Assembly (NCBI GenBank): GCA_017439555.1
Contig: JAFSIZ010000050.1
Span: forward strand, 439 to 64,438
Source: Oscillospiraceae bacterium
GTDB taxonomy: Bacteria; Bacillota; Clostridia; Oscillospirales; JAAYXM01
Length of the DNA stretch: 64,000 bases
Direction of reading: 5' to 3'
Numbering within the stretch: position 1 is the first letter of the stretch; each line of letters starts with the position of its first letter. Below the pieces are notes generated by a model. It did no database searches. It was not told the origin of the DNA and saw nothing but the letters and a program-made list of their open reading frames with translations. A program made the position numbers and the translations under genes. Shown one piece after another: positions 1 to 8,622 of this stretch.

Positions 1-90
1 AACTATATCTATCGAGCGGATGCTTTTACCGCTCTTTGAAAGAACCAGAATTGTTTCGAGATACATTTCGCCGGATTCCTGCAAATGCAT
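1..90 (-). CDS. DtxR/MntR-family metal-dependent transcriptional regulator, N-terminal part (runs off window start)
   Basis: Not in the ORF track. Reverse strand from ATG at 90 (RBS-like GGGGG) reads MHLQESGEMYLETILVLSKSGKSIRSIDIV, the typical ESGEMYLETI..RSID start of clostridial DtxR/MntR proteins. Confidence 0.8.
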   Translation of the reverse strand, partial: MHLQESGEMYLETILVLSKSGKSIRSIDIV

Positions 91-171
91 TTGGCGGCCC
101 CCTTAAACTATTGTTATTATAAGGATAACATATTTCGCGTTTTTTTTCAAGTGCAGCGCGCAAATGCCGCC

Positions 172-202
172 AAAAGGCTTCTGCTTATCGCAGAAGCCTT
201 TT
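172..202. terminator. Intrinsic terminator downstream of ytvI
   Basis: AAAAGGCTTCTGC-TTATC-GCAGAAGCCTTTT inverted repeat with A/T tails just after the ytvI stop. Confidence 0.8.
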
Positions 203-204
203 GA

Positions 205-1287
205 TTATTCTTCGGTTTTAGGTGTGCGCTTTAAAAAATCAAAATAGCCCCATTCATAGAATTGCTTTATAAGAGCTATCGGAATCGGCATGAACATACC
301 GATGATGCCGAACATTTTGAGCCCGACATACATTGATATCAATGTGACGAGTGGATGCAGACCAATGTGTTTGCCGACGATTTTCGGCTCTAAAATATTT
401 CTGACAATGAGAACGACTATATAGATTACGATAAGACCTATAGCAAGGACATAGTTCTGCATACACAGCGCGACAATTGCCCAGGGGCCGAGCACCCAGC
501 CTGTGCCGAGAATCGGCATCGCATCGATAAGCGCGATGACAGCGGCGAGGAGAATTGCGCCCGGCACACGGAGCACTGCAAGCCCGATGGCAAGCTCAAC
601 AAAGGTGATGCTTATAAGAACGAGCAGGGCGCGGAGATAGCTGACGAGAGTGGTAGACACCTGCTCGCGCGTCTGGCGATAGCGGAGCCTCCATTTCATA
701 GGCGTTATGTCGGCGAGCTTTCTGCGGAGAAGCCTATAATCGCAGGCGAGAAAATATGTCGAGACAATGGCAGCTATGACAAAAAGGATTATCGAGGGGA
801 GTGCAGTTGCAAGGTTGGTCGCAGAGGTAATCATCGGCCCGATAAGATTCTGCAGCGCAGATACGAGATCAGAAAGCCAGGCCTCAACATTGCTGTAGAT
901 AAAGTCCTGTGTTTCGAGCGGAAGGCGGGAAAGGACATTCACAAAGGTGTCATTGAGCTTTGCAACGACAGCGTTTATATTGAGCGCACGCAGATGCTCG
1001 AATATATCAACCAGCCCGTTGACGACGGCGGAGGCGACAAAATAGAAAACTGTGCAGATTATGCCATAGAACAAAACTGTGAGAAGCCCTGCCGCAAGCG
1101 GCCGCGGAAAGCGGAGCTTTTCTTTCAGAAAATCTGTCGGTTTTTCGATTATCTTTGAAGCGACAAATGCGATAATAAACGGGGCGAACCACTTCAGAGC
1201 ATATTTAAAAACAAGCCACACAGCGAGAGCGCCGAGCGCAATATAGAGAAGTGTGAGAAAAAAACGGACGTGCTTGCTGTATTGCAT
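205..1287 (-). CDS. ytvI: Sporulation integral membrane protein YtvI (AI-2E transporter family)
   Basis: 360 aa, multiple TM segments, PFIIAF N-terminus, DAMPILGTG and RNILEPKIVGKHIGLHPL motifs. Confidence 0.9.
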   Translation of the reverse strand: MQYSKHVRFFLTLLYIALGALAVWLVFKYALKWFAPFIIAFVASKIIEKPTDFLKEKLRFPRPLAAGLLTVLFYGIICTVFYFVASAVVNGLVDIFEHLRALNINAVVAKLNDTFVNVLSRLPLETQDFIYSNVEAWLSDLVSALQNLIGPMITSATNLATALPSIILFVIAAIVSTYFLACDYRLLRRKLADITPMKWRLRYRQTREQVSTTLVSYLRALLVLISITFVELAIGLAVLRVPGAILLAAVIALIDAMPILGTGWVLGPWAIVALCMQNYVLAIGLIVIYIVVLIVRNILEPKIVGKHIGLHPLVTLISMYVGLKMFGIIGMFMPIPIALIKQFYEWGYFDFLKRTPKTEE

Positions 1288-1410
1288 AAGCTGTCACCTG
1301 CCTTATCATAGTAATTCTTCATTATTATATATCATTTTTTTCTCAAATAAAAGGCTTTTTTTGGCATAATGATGAAAATTTAAAAAAACTTTAAAACTTT
1401 GAAATTTCGC

Positions 1411-1439
1411 TTGAATCTTAATTCGAAGTGTGGTATGAT
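1411..1439 (+). promoter_or_regulatory. SigA-type promoter of the ACT-hom-lysC operon
   Basis: TTGAAT-17 bp-TATGAT with TG extended -10. Confidence 0.6.
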
Positions 1440-1485
1440 AATATCCGCACTGCAAAAACAAATGACCGTGAGAGGGGGATATTCC

Positions 1486-1929
1486 TTGCAGGACAATCAC
1501 AAGTATTACATTGTCGAGGATTCGGCTTTGCCCGAAGTGCTTATACGCACTGTCAAGGCAAAGGAATTGCTTTCTCAGGGGCGTGCAAAAACGGTGAACG
1601 AGGCGGCGACGCTTGCGGGGATAAGCAGAAGTGCTTTTTACAAGTATAAAGATCTTATCTCTCCGTTTAATGATATGTCGCTCGGCCATATTATAACATT
1701 CAGTATGCTTCTGCGCGATGAGCCGGGTGTGCTGTCGGGCATTCTCGGTCACTTCGCAGCAAGCGGTGCCAATATTCTTACAATATATCAGACTATTCCG
1801 AGCGGAGGTCAGGCGCCGGTGACGATATCGGCAGAAACCATGGGAATGACAACGAAGATGGACAGCTTCATCGAGCGTGCAATGCAGCTTGAAGGTGTTA
1901 TTTCGTTCGGTCCGCTTGCAGGTCAATAA
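1486..1929 (+). CDS. thrR: ACT-domain transcriptional regulator (ThrR/PheB, UPF0735 type)
   Basis: ALPEV..KAKELL..GISRSAFYKYKD HTH followed by an ACT domain (DEPGVLSGIL, ANILTI.QTIP); start moved to TTG 1486 behind GAGGGGG; directly upstream of hom. Confidence 0.8.
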   Translation: MQDNHKYYIVEDSALPEVLIRTVKAKELLSQGRAKTVNEAATLAGISRSAFYKYKDLISPFNDMSLGHIITFSMLLRDEPGVLSGILGHFAASGANILTIYQTIPSGGQAPVTISAETMGMTTKMDSFIERAMQLEGVISFGPLAGQ

Positions 1930-1946
1930 GAAAGGAGATAAATATT

Positions 1947-3161
1947 ATGAAAAAGATTGCTGTTTTGGGCTACGGCACAGTCGGCTCAGGTGTTGTTGAT
2001 CTTTTTGAGATAAACGCAGATTCCATCGCGAAGAATGCAGGAGAGGCTATCGAGGTAAAATATATTGTCGATATCCGCGATTTCTCAAACGACAAAAACG
2101 CCGCAAAGTTTGTAAAGGATTTTGCAATCATTGAAAACGATCCGGAGGTTTCCGTTGTTGTTGAAACAATAGGCGGAACAAACCCGGCATATGATTTCAC
2201 AAAGCGTGCGCTTCTTGCAGGTAAGAGCGTTGTAACGTCAAATAAAGAGCTCGTTGCAAAGCACGGAGCTGAATTCCTTGCAATTGCAAAGGAAAAGAAC
2301 GTAAACTATCTCTTCGAGGCATCCGTCGGCGGCGGTATTCCCGTTCTCCGCCCGATAGCTCAGTGCCTTGCGGCAAATAAGATCGATGAGATCTATGGCA
2401 TCCTCAACGGAACGACAAACTATATCCTCACCCGTATGATAAAAGCAGGACTTACCTTTGAAAAGGCGCTTTCCGAAGCTCAGGAAATGGGCTATGCAGA
2501 GCGCGACCCGAGCGCAGATATCGAAGGTCACGATGCTTGCCGCAAGATATGCATTCTTGCCTCTCTTGCATTTGGAAAACATATCTATCCCGAATACATC
2601 AAGGCAGAGGGCATAACAAAGGTAACTCTTGATGATGTTCGCCTTGCAGGCAAAGCCGATATGGTTATCCGCCTTCTCGGAAGAACAAAGCTTGCGTCTG
2701 ACGGCAGAGTTTATGCTTATGTCGGTCCGCACCTTGTGAGAAAATCATCTCCGATTGCCTCTGTTGAAGATGTTTTCAACGGCATTATGGTTCACGGCAA
2801 TATGGTCGGCGATACAATGTTCTATGGCCCGGGTGCAGGAAAATACCCGACAGCGAGCGCAGTTTCCGCAGACGTTATCGATGCTGTAATTCATTCCGAA
2901 AAGCGCCGCGATATCGGCTGGGAAGATGCAGGAGCAGAGGCTGTTGCTGATATGTCGGAATTTGTTTCGAAATATTATGTCCGCATAGAGGGCGAGAGCG
3001 CAAGGAGTGCTGCAACCCAGAGCTTCAAAAACATTGAATTTATCGATGATAAGGACGCTGTTGCGTTCATCACGGATGAGCTCACTGAGGCAGAGTTTGA
3101 AAAAAATCTCGCAGCTCTTTCGGAAAGAAGCGAGGTTCTGTCACGCATGCGCGTGCTGTGA
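1947..3161 (+). CDS. hom: Homoserine dehydrogenase
   Basis: GYGTVGSG Rossmann motif, VVTSNKE, FEASVGGGIP, GILNGTTNYIL, GYAERDP. Confidence 0.95.
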   Translation: MKKIAVLGYGTVGSGVVDLFEINADSIAKNAGEAIEVKYIVDIRDFSNDKNAAKFVKDFAIIENDPEVSVVVETIGGTNPAYDFTKRALLAGKSVVTSNKELVAKHGAEFLAIAKEKNVNYLFEASVGGGIPVLRPIAQCLAANKIDEIYGILNGTTNYILTRMIKAGLTFEKALSEAQEMGYAERDPSADIEGHDACRKICILASLAFGKHIYPEYIKAEGITKVTLDDVRLAGKADMVIRLLGRTKLASDGRVYAYVGPHLVRKSSPIASVEDVFNGIMVHGNMVGDTMFYGPGAGKYPTASAVSADVIDAVIHSEKRRDIGWEDAGAEAVADMSEFVSKYYVRIEGESARSAATQSFKNIEFIDDKDAVAFITDELTEAEFEKNLAALSERSEVLSRMRVL

Positions 3162-3203
3162 TAATATAATACAGTAGAAAAATCCGGAAAGGAAGAATTA
3201 TAA

Positions 3204-4406
3204 ATGAGTCTTATAGTACAGAAATTCGGCGGCTCATCTGTTGCAGATACCGAGCGTGTGTTCAATGTTGCGGATATCGTAACAAGCACATATGCTGCAG
3301 GCAACGATGTTGTCGTTGTCGTATCAGCTCAGGGCGATACGACTGATGACCTTATCGAAAAGGCTAAGGCCATCAACCCCAATCCATCCAAGCGCGAGAT
3401 GGACGTTCTCCTCGCAAACGGCGAGCAGATTTCAATGTCGCTTCTTGCGATGGCGATTGAAAAGCTTGGCTACCCTGTAATTTCTCTCACAGGCTGGCAG
3501 GCAGGTATTCATACAGGTATGAATTATGGTGCAGCACGTATCAAGAAGATTGAGACCGAGCGCTTGAAGCTTGAGATTTCAAAGCGCAGAATCGTTATCG
3601 TTGCAGGCTTCCAGGGCATCAACAAGTTTGACGATGTGACAACTCTCGGCCGCGGCGGCTCTGACACAACCGCCGTTGCTCTTGCCGCGGCTCTCGGCGC
3701 GGATCTCTGCCAGATTTACACAGACGTTGATGGCGTCTATACAGCGGATCCGAGAAAGATACCGACGGCAAAGAAGCTTGATGAAATTACTTATGACGAA
3801 ATGCTTGAGCTTGCATCTCTCGGTGCACAGGTTCTTCACAACCGCTCTGTTGAGATGGGCAAGCGCTTTAACGTTGATATGGAGGTTATCTCCAGCTTTA
3901 CCCGTAATCCGGGCACAAAAATTAAGGAGGCACATAAAGTGGAAAAAATGAATGTTAGCGGCGTAGCACGCGATATGGATGTAGCTCAGATTTCTCTTGT
4001 AAACATGGAGGATGCTCCGGGCATCGCATATAAGGTATTTTCGACTCTTGCAAACAAGGGTGTAAACGTTGATATCATCCTTCAGTCAACAGGCAGAAAC
4101 AACGGCAAGGATATCGCATTCACAGTTCCGAGCTCAGCTCTTGACCTTGCAAAGAAGGTTCTTGAAGAGAATAAGGAAAGCATCGGCTTTGAGTCTATCG
4201 CAGTAAGAGAAGACCTCTGCAAGCTCTCAATCGTCGGTGCAGGTATGGTAAATAACCCGGGCGTTGCTGCAATGATGTTTGAAGCACTCGCAGCAGCAAA
4301 CGTAAACATCGATATGATTTCCACAAGCGAAATCAAGGTTTCCGTTCTCATCCAGAAGGAAGATTCCGAGCGTGCAATGCGTGCAGTACATGATAAGTTC
4401 TTTTAA
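3204..4406 (+). CDS. lysC: Aspartate kinase
   Basis: VQKFGGSSV, TTLGRGGSDTTA, YTDVDGVYTADPR, two C-terminal ACT domains. Confidence 0.95.
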   Translation: MSLIVQKFGGSSVADTERVFNVADIVTSTYAAGNDVVVVVSAQGDTTDDLIEKAKAINPNPSKREMDVLLANGEQISMSLLAMAIEKLGYPVISLTGWQAGIHTGMNYGAARIKKIETERLKLEISKRRIVIVAGFQGINKFDDVTTLGRGGSDTTAVALAAALGADLCQIYTDVDGVYTADPRKIPTAKKLDEITYDEMLELASLGAQVLHNRSVEMGKRFNVDMEVISSFTRNPGTKIKEAHKVEKMNVSGVARDMDVAQISLVNMEDAPGIAYKVFSTLANKGVNVDIILQSTGRNNGKDIAFTVPSSALDLAKKVLEENKESIGFESIAVREDLCKLSIVGAGMVNNPGVAAMMFEALAAANVNIDMISTSEIKVSVLIQKEDSERAMRAVHDKFF

Positions 4407-4417
4407 TAGGTAAAACC

Positions 4418-4456
4418 AAAAAGCTCGCAGAGATGAGAAATCTCTGCGAGCTTTTT
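4418..4456 (+). terminator. Intrinsic terminator of the lysC operon
   Basis: AAAAAGCTCGCAGAGA...TCTCTGCGAGCTTTTT hairpin with T tail. Confidence 0.85.
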
Positions 4457-4460
4457 ATAT

Positions 4461-4508
4461 ATAATCCCCCACTGTGTTGAATTTAGCTTCACCGCAGTGG
4501 GGGATTAT
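4461..4508 (-). terminator. Stem-loop at the 3' end of the XRE gene
   Basis: ATAATCCCCCACTG...CAGTGGGGGATTAT inverted repeat overlapping the XRE stop. Confidence 0.6.
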
Positions 4509-4747
4509 ATTATCTCCTGCTCAAGACTGTCAAAATCATCAGTGGAAAAGAACTCACCCAATGTGATTTCAAGCCCGTCGCAGAATTTTTTGATTGTGCG
4601 GATGGAAATGTCACGGCGGCTCTTGTCCATCATGCTGTACGCAGTTGAGGGAGTTACTCCCGAAACGTTTGCAAGCTCGTTGATTTTCATATTCCGCTCG
4701 TTACAAAGCTCCACAAATCTGCGAACAATTAAGTCTTTGATATCCAT
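4505..4747 (-). CDS. XRE-family HTH transcriptional regulator
   Basis: INELANVSGVTPSTAYS..TIKKFCDGLEITLGEFF; likely start ATG 4747 behind GAGGTG (ORF track extends it to 4759). Confidence 0.85.
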   Translation of the reverse strand: MDIKDLIVRRFVELCNERNMKINELANVSGVTPSTAYSMMDKSRRDISIRTIKKFCDGLEITLGEFFSTDDFDSLEQEII

Positions 4748-4782
4748 AAAGTTCATCACCTCAAGGATATTTTAAAATGTTT

Positions 4783-4831
4783 TACGCAATGCGTATACGC
4801 GCTTGCGTATATTTGGGGATTGTGGTAGAAT
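4783..4831 (+). promoter_or_regulatory. Promoter of the LRR gene, overlapped by tandem TACGC..GCGTA palindromes (candidate XRE operator)
   Basis: TACGCAATGCGTA (4783-4795) and TACGCGCTTGCGTA (4796-4809); TTGCGT-17 bp-TAGAAT at 4803-4831. Confidence 0.55.
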
Positions 4832-4867
4832 TAAATAGAAATACATTAAGCGGAGGAGAATTGTAAA

Positions 4868-7795
4868 ATGAAAAAGAGGATTTTATCGCTGATACTTTGC
4901 TTTATAATGGCGTTGTTGCTTTTGCCGACAGCGGTATTCGCAGAAGAGTCGGAAGTTACAATCGTAGCAAGTGGCACTTGTGGAACAAACCTTACATGGA
5001 AACTTGATGATGAAGGAACACTCACCATCTCCGGCACAGGCGCGATGAAGGATTATTCATATTCATCTTCATCTACTGCACCGTGGCATTCAAACAAAGG
5101 TAGCATCAAAAGTGTTGTTATAGAGCACGGAGTAACAAGCATTGGGAACTATGCGTTTTACAATTGCACAAACCTTGCGAGCATAACAATCCCAGACGAA
5201 GTAGCGAGCATCGGTGTCAGTGCGTTTTTTGGTTGCAGAAGCCTCACAAGTATAGCAATCCCAGACGAAGTAACGAGCATCGGTGTCAGGGCGTTTTTTG
5301 GTTGTAAAAGTCTTCCAAGCGTAGAAATCCCTAATAGCGTAACGAGCATTGGAGAAGGTGCATTTGAGGGGTGCGAAAGCCTTGAAAGAATAACAATTCC
5401 GAATAGTGTTACAAGTATTGGATATGGTGCATTTTCTGATTGTACAAGTCTTCCAAGCATAGAAATCCCTAATAGCGTAACGAGCATCGGAAACTCTGTG
5501 TTTCGCGGTTGCACTGCTCTTGAAAACATAACAGTTGACAAAGATAATGCAGAGTATTGTACTGAAGATGGCATATTATTTAACAAAGCAAAAACAACTC
5601 TTGTTACATACCCCGCGAACAAAGCAAAAACAAGTTATGTAATCCCAGACAGCATAACAAGTATCGGTGACTGGGCTTTTAACGGATGTACAAGCCTCAC
5701 AAGCATAACAATCCCGGACAGCGTGACAAGCATTGGAATCGGTGCGCTTGAGGGGTGCGAAAGCCTTGCGAGCATAACAATCCCAGACGAAGTAACGAGC
5801 ATCGATGTCAGGGCGTTTTTTGGTTGTAAAAGCCTAACAAGTATAGCAATCCCAGATGGCGTAACGAGCATCGGTGGAGGGACGTTTATGTGGTGCAGCA
5901 GTCTCACAAGCGTAACAATCCCGGACAGCGTAACAAGTATTGCGGAAAGTGCGTTTTTTGGTTGCAGAAGCCTCACGAGCATAACGATACCGGACAGCGT
6001 AACGAGCATCGGAGACGATGCGTTTGGGTATTGCAGAAGCCTCACGAGCGTAACAATCCCGGACAGCGTAACGAGCATCGGAAACTATGCGTTTTACAAT
6101 TGCACAAACCTCGTTATATATGGTTTTGCAGGTTCATATGCTCAAAGCTACGCAAAGACAAATGATATAGCATTCGAGCTTATTCAGGTGCCGGTAACGG
6201 GAGTGTCGCTTGATAAGAAAACCCTCTCGCTCTATACGGGCGAGAGTGCAACGCTTACAGCAATGATAGCACCGAGCAATGCAACAAACATAAATGTTTT
6301 TTGGTCAAGCACGAATGAGACTGCGGTTACTGTAAGCGAAGGAACACTTACGGCGAATGCGGCGGGAACTGCAATCATAACGGCGCGAACAGAGGATGGA
6401 AACAAGGTGGCAACCTGCGTGGTGACAGTTACAGACCGGATTGTGGTTGCGACACTTACACTTGATAAATCCGTTTTGGATATCAAGAGCGGTAACAGCG
6501 AAAAACTCAATGTAATCTTTAATCCCGAATATACAACAGACAAAACCGTGACTTGGTTGAGTTTGGACGAAAGCATAGCAACGGTTGATGAAAACGGTGT
6601 TGTAAAAGGAATCGGAGAAGGTAGTACAACAATTATTGTTATGAGCAATTCTGGTAACAAATCGGCAAGCTGTACTGTAAATGTAACGGAGCCTATCACC
6701 TATTCCTTCGGGCAGTCTGTGCAGATAGGTCTTATTGAGCCGTGGTTTTTAAAGGCAAATGCCCGCGTTTACACAGTTGAAAATCCGATAAATATTGATT
6801 ATTCAACACTTGTTGATTACGGAGCATACTTTATCCGCAAAAGCGAGCTTTCGGATAAAAACGCAACGCAGGATACTCTCGCCGTTGAGGACATAATCAA
6901 CGACTCTGATACCGTCAAGTATTCAAAGTCGGCGGGAACTGCAACGGTTGACGGAAGCTACATCACGGCAAGCTACGACAAAGGGCTTTATACCTATGAA
7001 ATGTCGGATTCAATATTCGTTCTCTTCTATATAGAGGATGAAAGCGGAATGAGCTATGCGCCAATCCGTGAGCGGAATATGAAAGAGCTTTTGGAGAAAA
7101 GAAAGAATGATACAGAAAATTTCGAAAATGTTCTTGAGCGAAATGTATATACCGCGATGGATAAGCTTGAGCTTAATATCGGAGTATACAGAGCGCAGTT
7201 TGATGAAATAGACGAGCTGCCCGTTATGAGCGCACCGCGGCTTTCGGATTATGTCGCGGAAAATGGTGCGTTCGAAGAAGAGACCGCAAAGAGCTATAGC
7301 TTTGGAAATTCCGTTCAGATAATTCTCGTCGAGCCGTGGGGACTTAAATTCAATGCGCGAGTATATAATGGTGCAAATCCAACCAACATAAACTACGGAA
7401 GCATTGAAGAATATGGCGCAATCGTTTATTACGACACTGAAGGAAATGCTGAGTCGATGACTGCGGAAGAGCTCAGAACAAAGAGCGATGCCTATGTGTT
7501 CAGTAGCAAGAACGGCGATGCGACGATTGACGGAAGCTATATCACTGCTCTTTATAACAAAGGTATATACACATATCAGCTTGACAGCAATGCATACGTA
7601 ATGTTCTATGTCAAGGATGAAAACGGATATCACTACGGTGATGTCAAGGTGAGAAATGCCTATGAGCTTGCAAAGGTAAGAGCACAGGACACAACGGGCA
7701 ATTTCGGAGAACAGGAAAAGCAAGTATATCTTGATATGGTCGAGATGTATGAAGCCGTCAAGGCATACAGAGACGATTATTTTGCAAATAACTGA
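4868..7795 (+). CDS. Secreted BspA-type leucine-rich repeat (LRR_5) protein with two Big_2 Ig-like domains and a duplicated C-terminal domain
   Basis: Signal peptide; GTCGTNLTWKLD..GTLTISGTG cap; about 13 IPDSVTSIGxxAFxGCxSL repeats; VTGVSLDK/VTWLSLDESIATVD Big_2 motifs; two YSFGxSVQIxLxEPW domains. Confidence 0.9.
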   Translation: MKKRILSLILCFIMALLLLPTAVFAEESEVTIVASGTCGTNLTWKLDDEGTLTISGTGAMKDYSYSSSSTAPWHSNKGSIKSVVIEHGVTSIGNYAFYNCTNLASITIPDEVASIGVSAFFGCRSLTSIAIPDEVTSIGVRAFFGCKSLPSVEIPNSVTSIGEGAFEGCESLERITIPNSVTSIGYGAFSDCTSLPSIEIPNSVTSIGNSVFRGCTALENITVDKDNAEYCTEDGILFNKAKTTLVTYPANKAKTSYVIPDSITSIGDWAFNGCTSLTSITIPDSVTSIGIGALEGCESLASITIPDEVTSIDVRAFFGCKSLTSIAIPDGVTSIGGGTFMWCSSLTSVTIPDSVTSIAESAFFGCRSLTSITIPDSVTSIGDDAFGYCRSLTSVTIPDSVTSIGNYAFYNCTNLVIYGFAGSYAQSYAKTNDIAFELIQVPVTGVSLDKKTLSLYTGESATLTAMIAPSNATNINVFWSSTNETAVTVSEGTLTANAAGTAIITARTEDGNKVATCVVTVTDRIVVATLTLDKSVLDIKSGNSEKLNVIFNPEYTTDKTVTWLSLDESIATVDENGVVKGIGEGSTTIIVMSNSGNKSASCTVNVTEPITYSFGQSVQIGLIEPWFLKANARVYTVENPINIDYSTLVDYGAYFIRKSELSDKNATQDTLAVEDIINDSDTVKYSKSAGTATVDGSYITASYDKGLYTYEMSDSIFVLFYIEDESGMSYAPIRERNMKELLEKRKNDTENFENVLERNVYTAMDKLELNIGVYRAQFDEIDELPVMSAPRLSDYVAENGAFEEETAKSYSFGNSVQIILVEPWGLKFNARVYNGANPTNINYGSIEEYGAIVYYDTEGNAESMTAEELRTKSDAYVFSSKNGDATIDGSYITALYNKGIYTYQLDSNAYVMFYVKDENGYHYGDVKVRNAYELAKVRAQDTTGNFGEQEKQVYLDMVEMYEAVKAYRDDYFANN
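5110..6111 (+). repeat. Tandem ~69-bp LRR-encoding repeats
   Basis: Recurrent ACAATCCC(A/G)GAC...GTAAC(A/G)AGCAT units; some near-identical, e.g. AACTATGCGTTTTACAATTGCACAAACCT at ~5146 and ~6083. Confidence 0.85.
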
Positions 7796-7820
7796 AAAAT
7801 AAAGAAAGGAGAGACGGAAA

Positions 7821-7952
7821 ATGAAGTATGAAACACCCAAAATGCAGGTGATTGAGATTTCTGCAACCGATGTCATTAAGACAAGCGGAAGCGGAACCAC
7901 AGGCGGCGATGCCACAGGTAATGTTGGCGGCGGTGGAAACTTAGAGGACTAA
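7821..7952 (+). CDS. 43-aa small peptide with YxxP leader-like motif and Gly-rich tail (lasso/RiPP-precursor-like)
   Basis: Below the ORF-track cutoff; RBS AAAGGAG; MKYETPKMQVIEISATDVIKTSGSGTTGGDATGNVGGGGNLED; lies between the LRR gene stop and a terminator. Confidence 0.75.
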   Translation: MKYETPKMQVIEISATDVIKTSGSGTTGGDATGNVGGGGNLED

Positions 7953-7965
7953 TCCGAGAAACAGT

Positions 7966-7998
7966 AAAAGAGCTATGGCATCTTGCCATAGCTCTTTT
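7966..7998. terminator. Bidirectional intrinsic terminator between the peptide gene and thiN
   Basis: AAAAGAGCTATGGCA-TCT-TGCCATAGCTCTTTT. Confidence 0.85.
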
Positions 7999-8622
7999 CT
8001 ATTTCCGTATTTTTATCAGCAGTGCTCTTCCTTCTTTGACAGATACCTCGGAAAGCTTTCCGGGGAGCGGTTCATTGCTTATTCCATATTGGTATTCGAC
8101 GCTGATTTCCGCGTTCTCAAGCGGGAATTTGGCGTTTTTTTCATACACACCGCGACAGGTGCCGTCTATGTTCAGAAGAGAAAAGTATGGGTAAGAATCG
8201 TCGATATATTTTGTTTCCGAATCGAGGATTTCCATTTCCGAATAATCGTCAATGATTTTTCCGCGAAGCCCTTTTGAATGAAGCATAAGAAGAATAGAAA
8301 CATTGCCAAGTGTGTGGTCGAGTCTTCCTCCGCATACGCCGATGAGGAGAAAATCGGAAAAGCCGCGCCTGATTGCCTCCTTGACAGCAAAGACCGTGTC
8401 CGTATCGTCTTTTTCGCGGGGGAGTGTGATCGTCTCGGTGTCGGTATCGGGGGCAGGATGAGAATCAAAATCCCCGACGATAAGATTTGCAGGGATATTC
8501 AAAGCCGCCTGATGACGGAGACCGCAATCGCAGAAAATGTTGAAATCATTTTCTTTGAGATATTTGCGGATTGCATCATAATTTTCGATCACGGCACCGC
8601 CGATAATCACACATCTGCTCAT
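7999..8622 (-). CDS. thiN: Thiamine diphosphokinase
   Basis: CDCGL, IVGDFDS, EKDDTDT, GGRLDHTLGN, YGISNE motifs. Confidence 0.92.
   Translation of the reverse strand: MSRCVIIGGAVIENYDAIRKYLKENDFNIFCDCGLRHQAALNIPANLIVGDFDSHPAPDTDTETITLPREKDDTDTVFAVKEAIRRGFSDFLLIGVCGGRLDHTLGNVSILLMLHSKGLRGKIIDDYSEMEILDSETKYIDDSYPYFSLLNIDGTCRGVYEKNAKFPLENAEISVEYQYGISNEPLPGKLSEVSVKEGRALLIKIRK

Noticed and set aside
5110-6111. Regularly spaced repeats as a possible CRISPR array or DGR
   Set aside because: Repeats are in-frame 23-codon LRR units; no unique spacers, cas genes or reverse transcriptase in the window
7010-7915. 301-aa minus-strand ORF
   Set aside because: Antisense shadow of the LRR gene and the small peptide; no recognisable motifs
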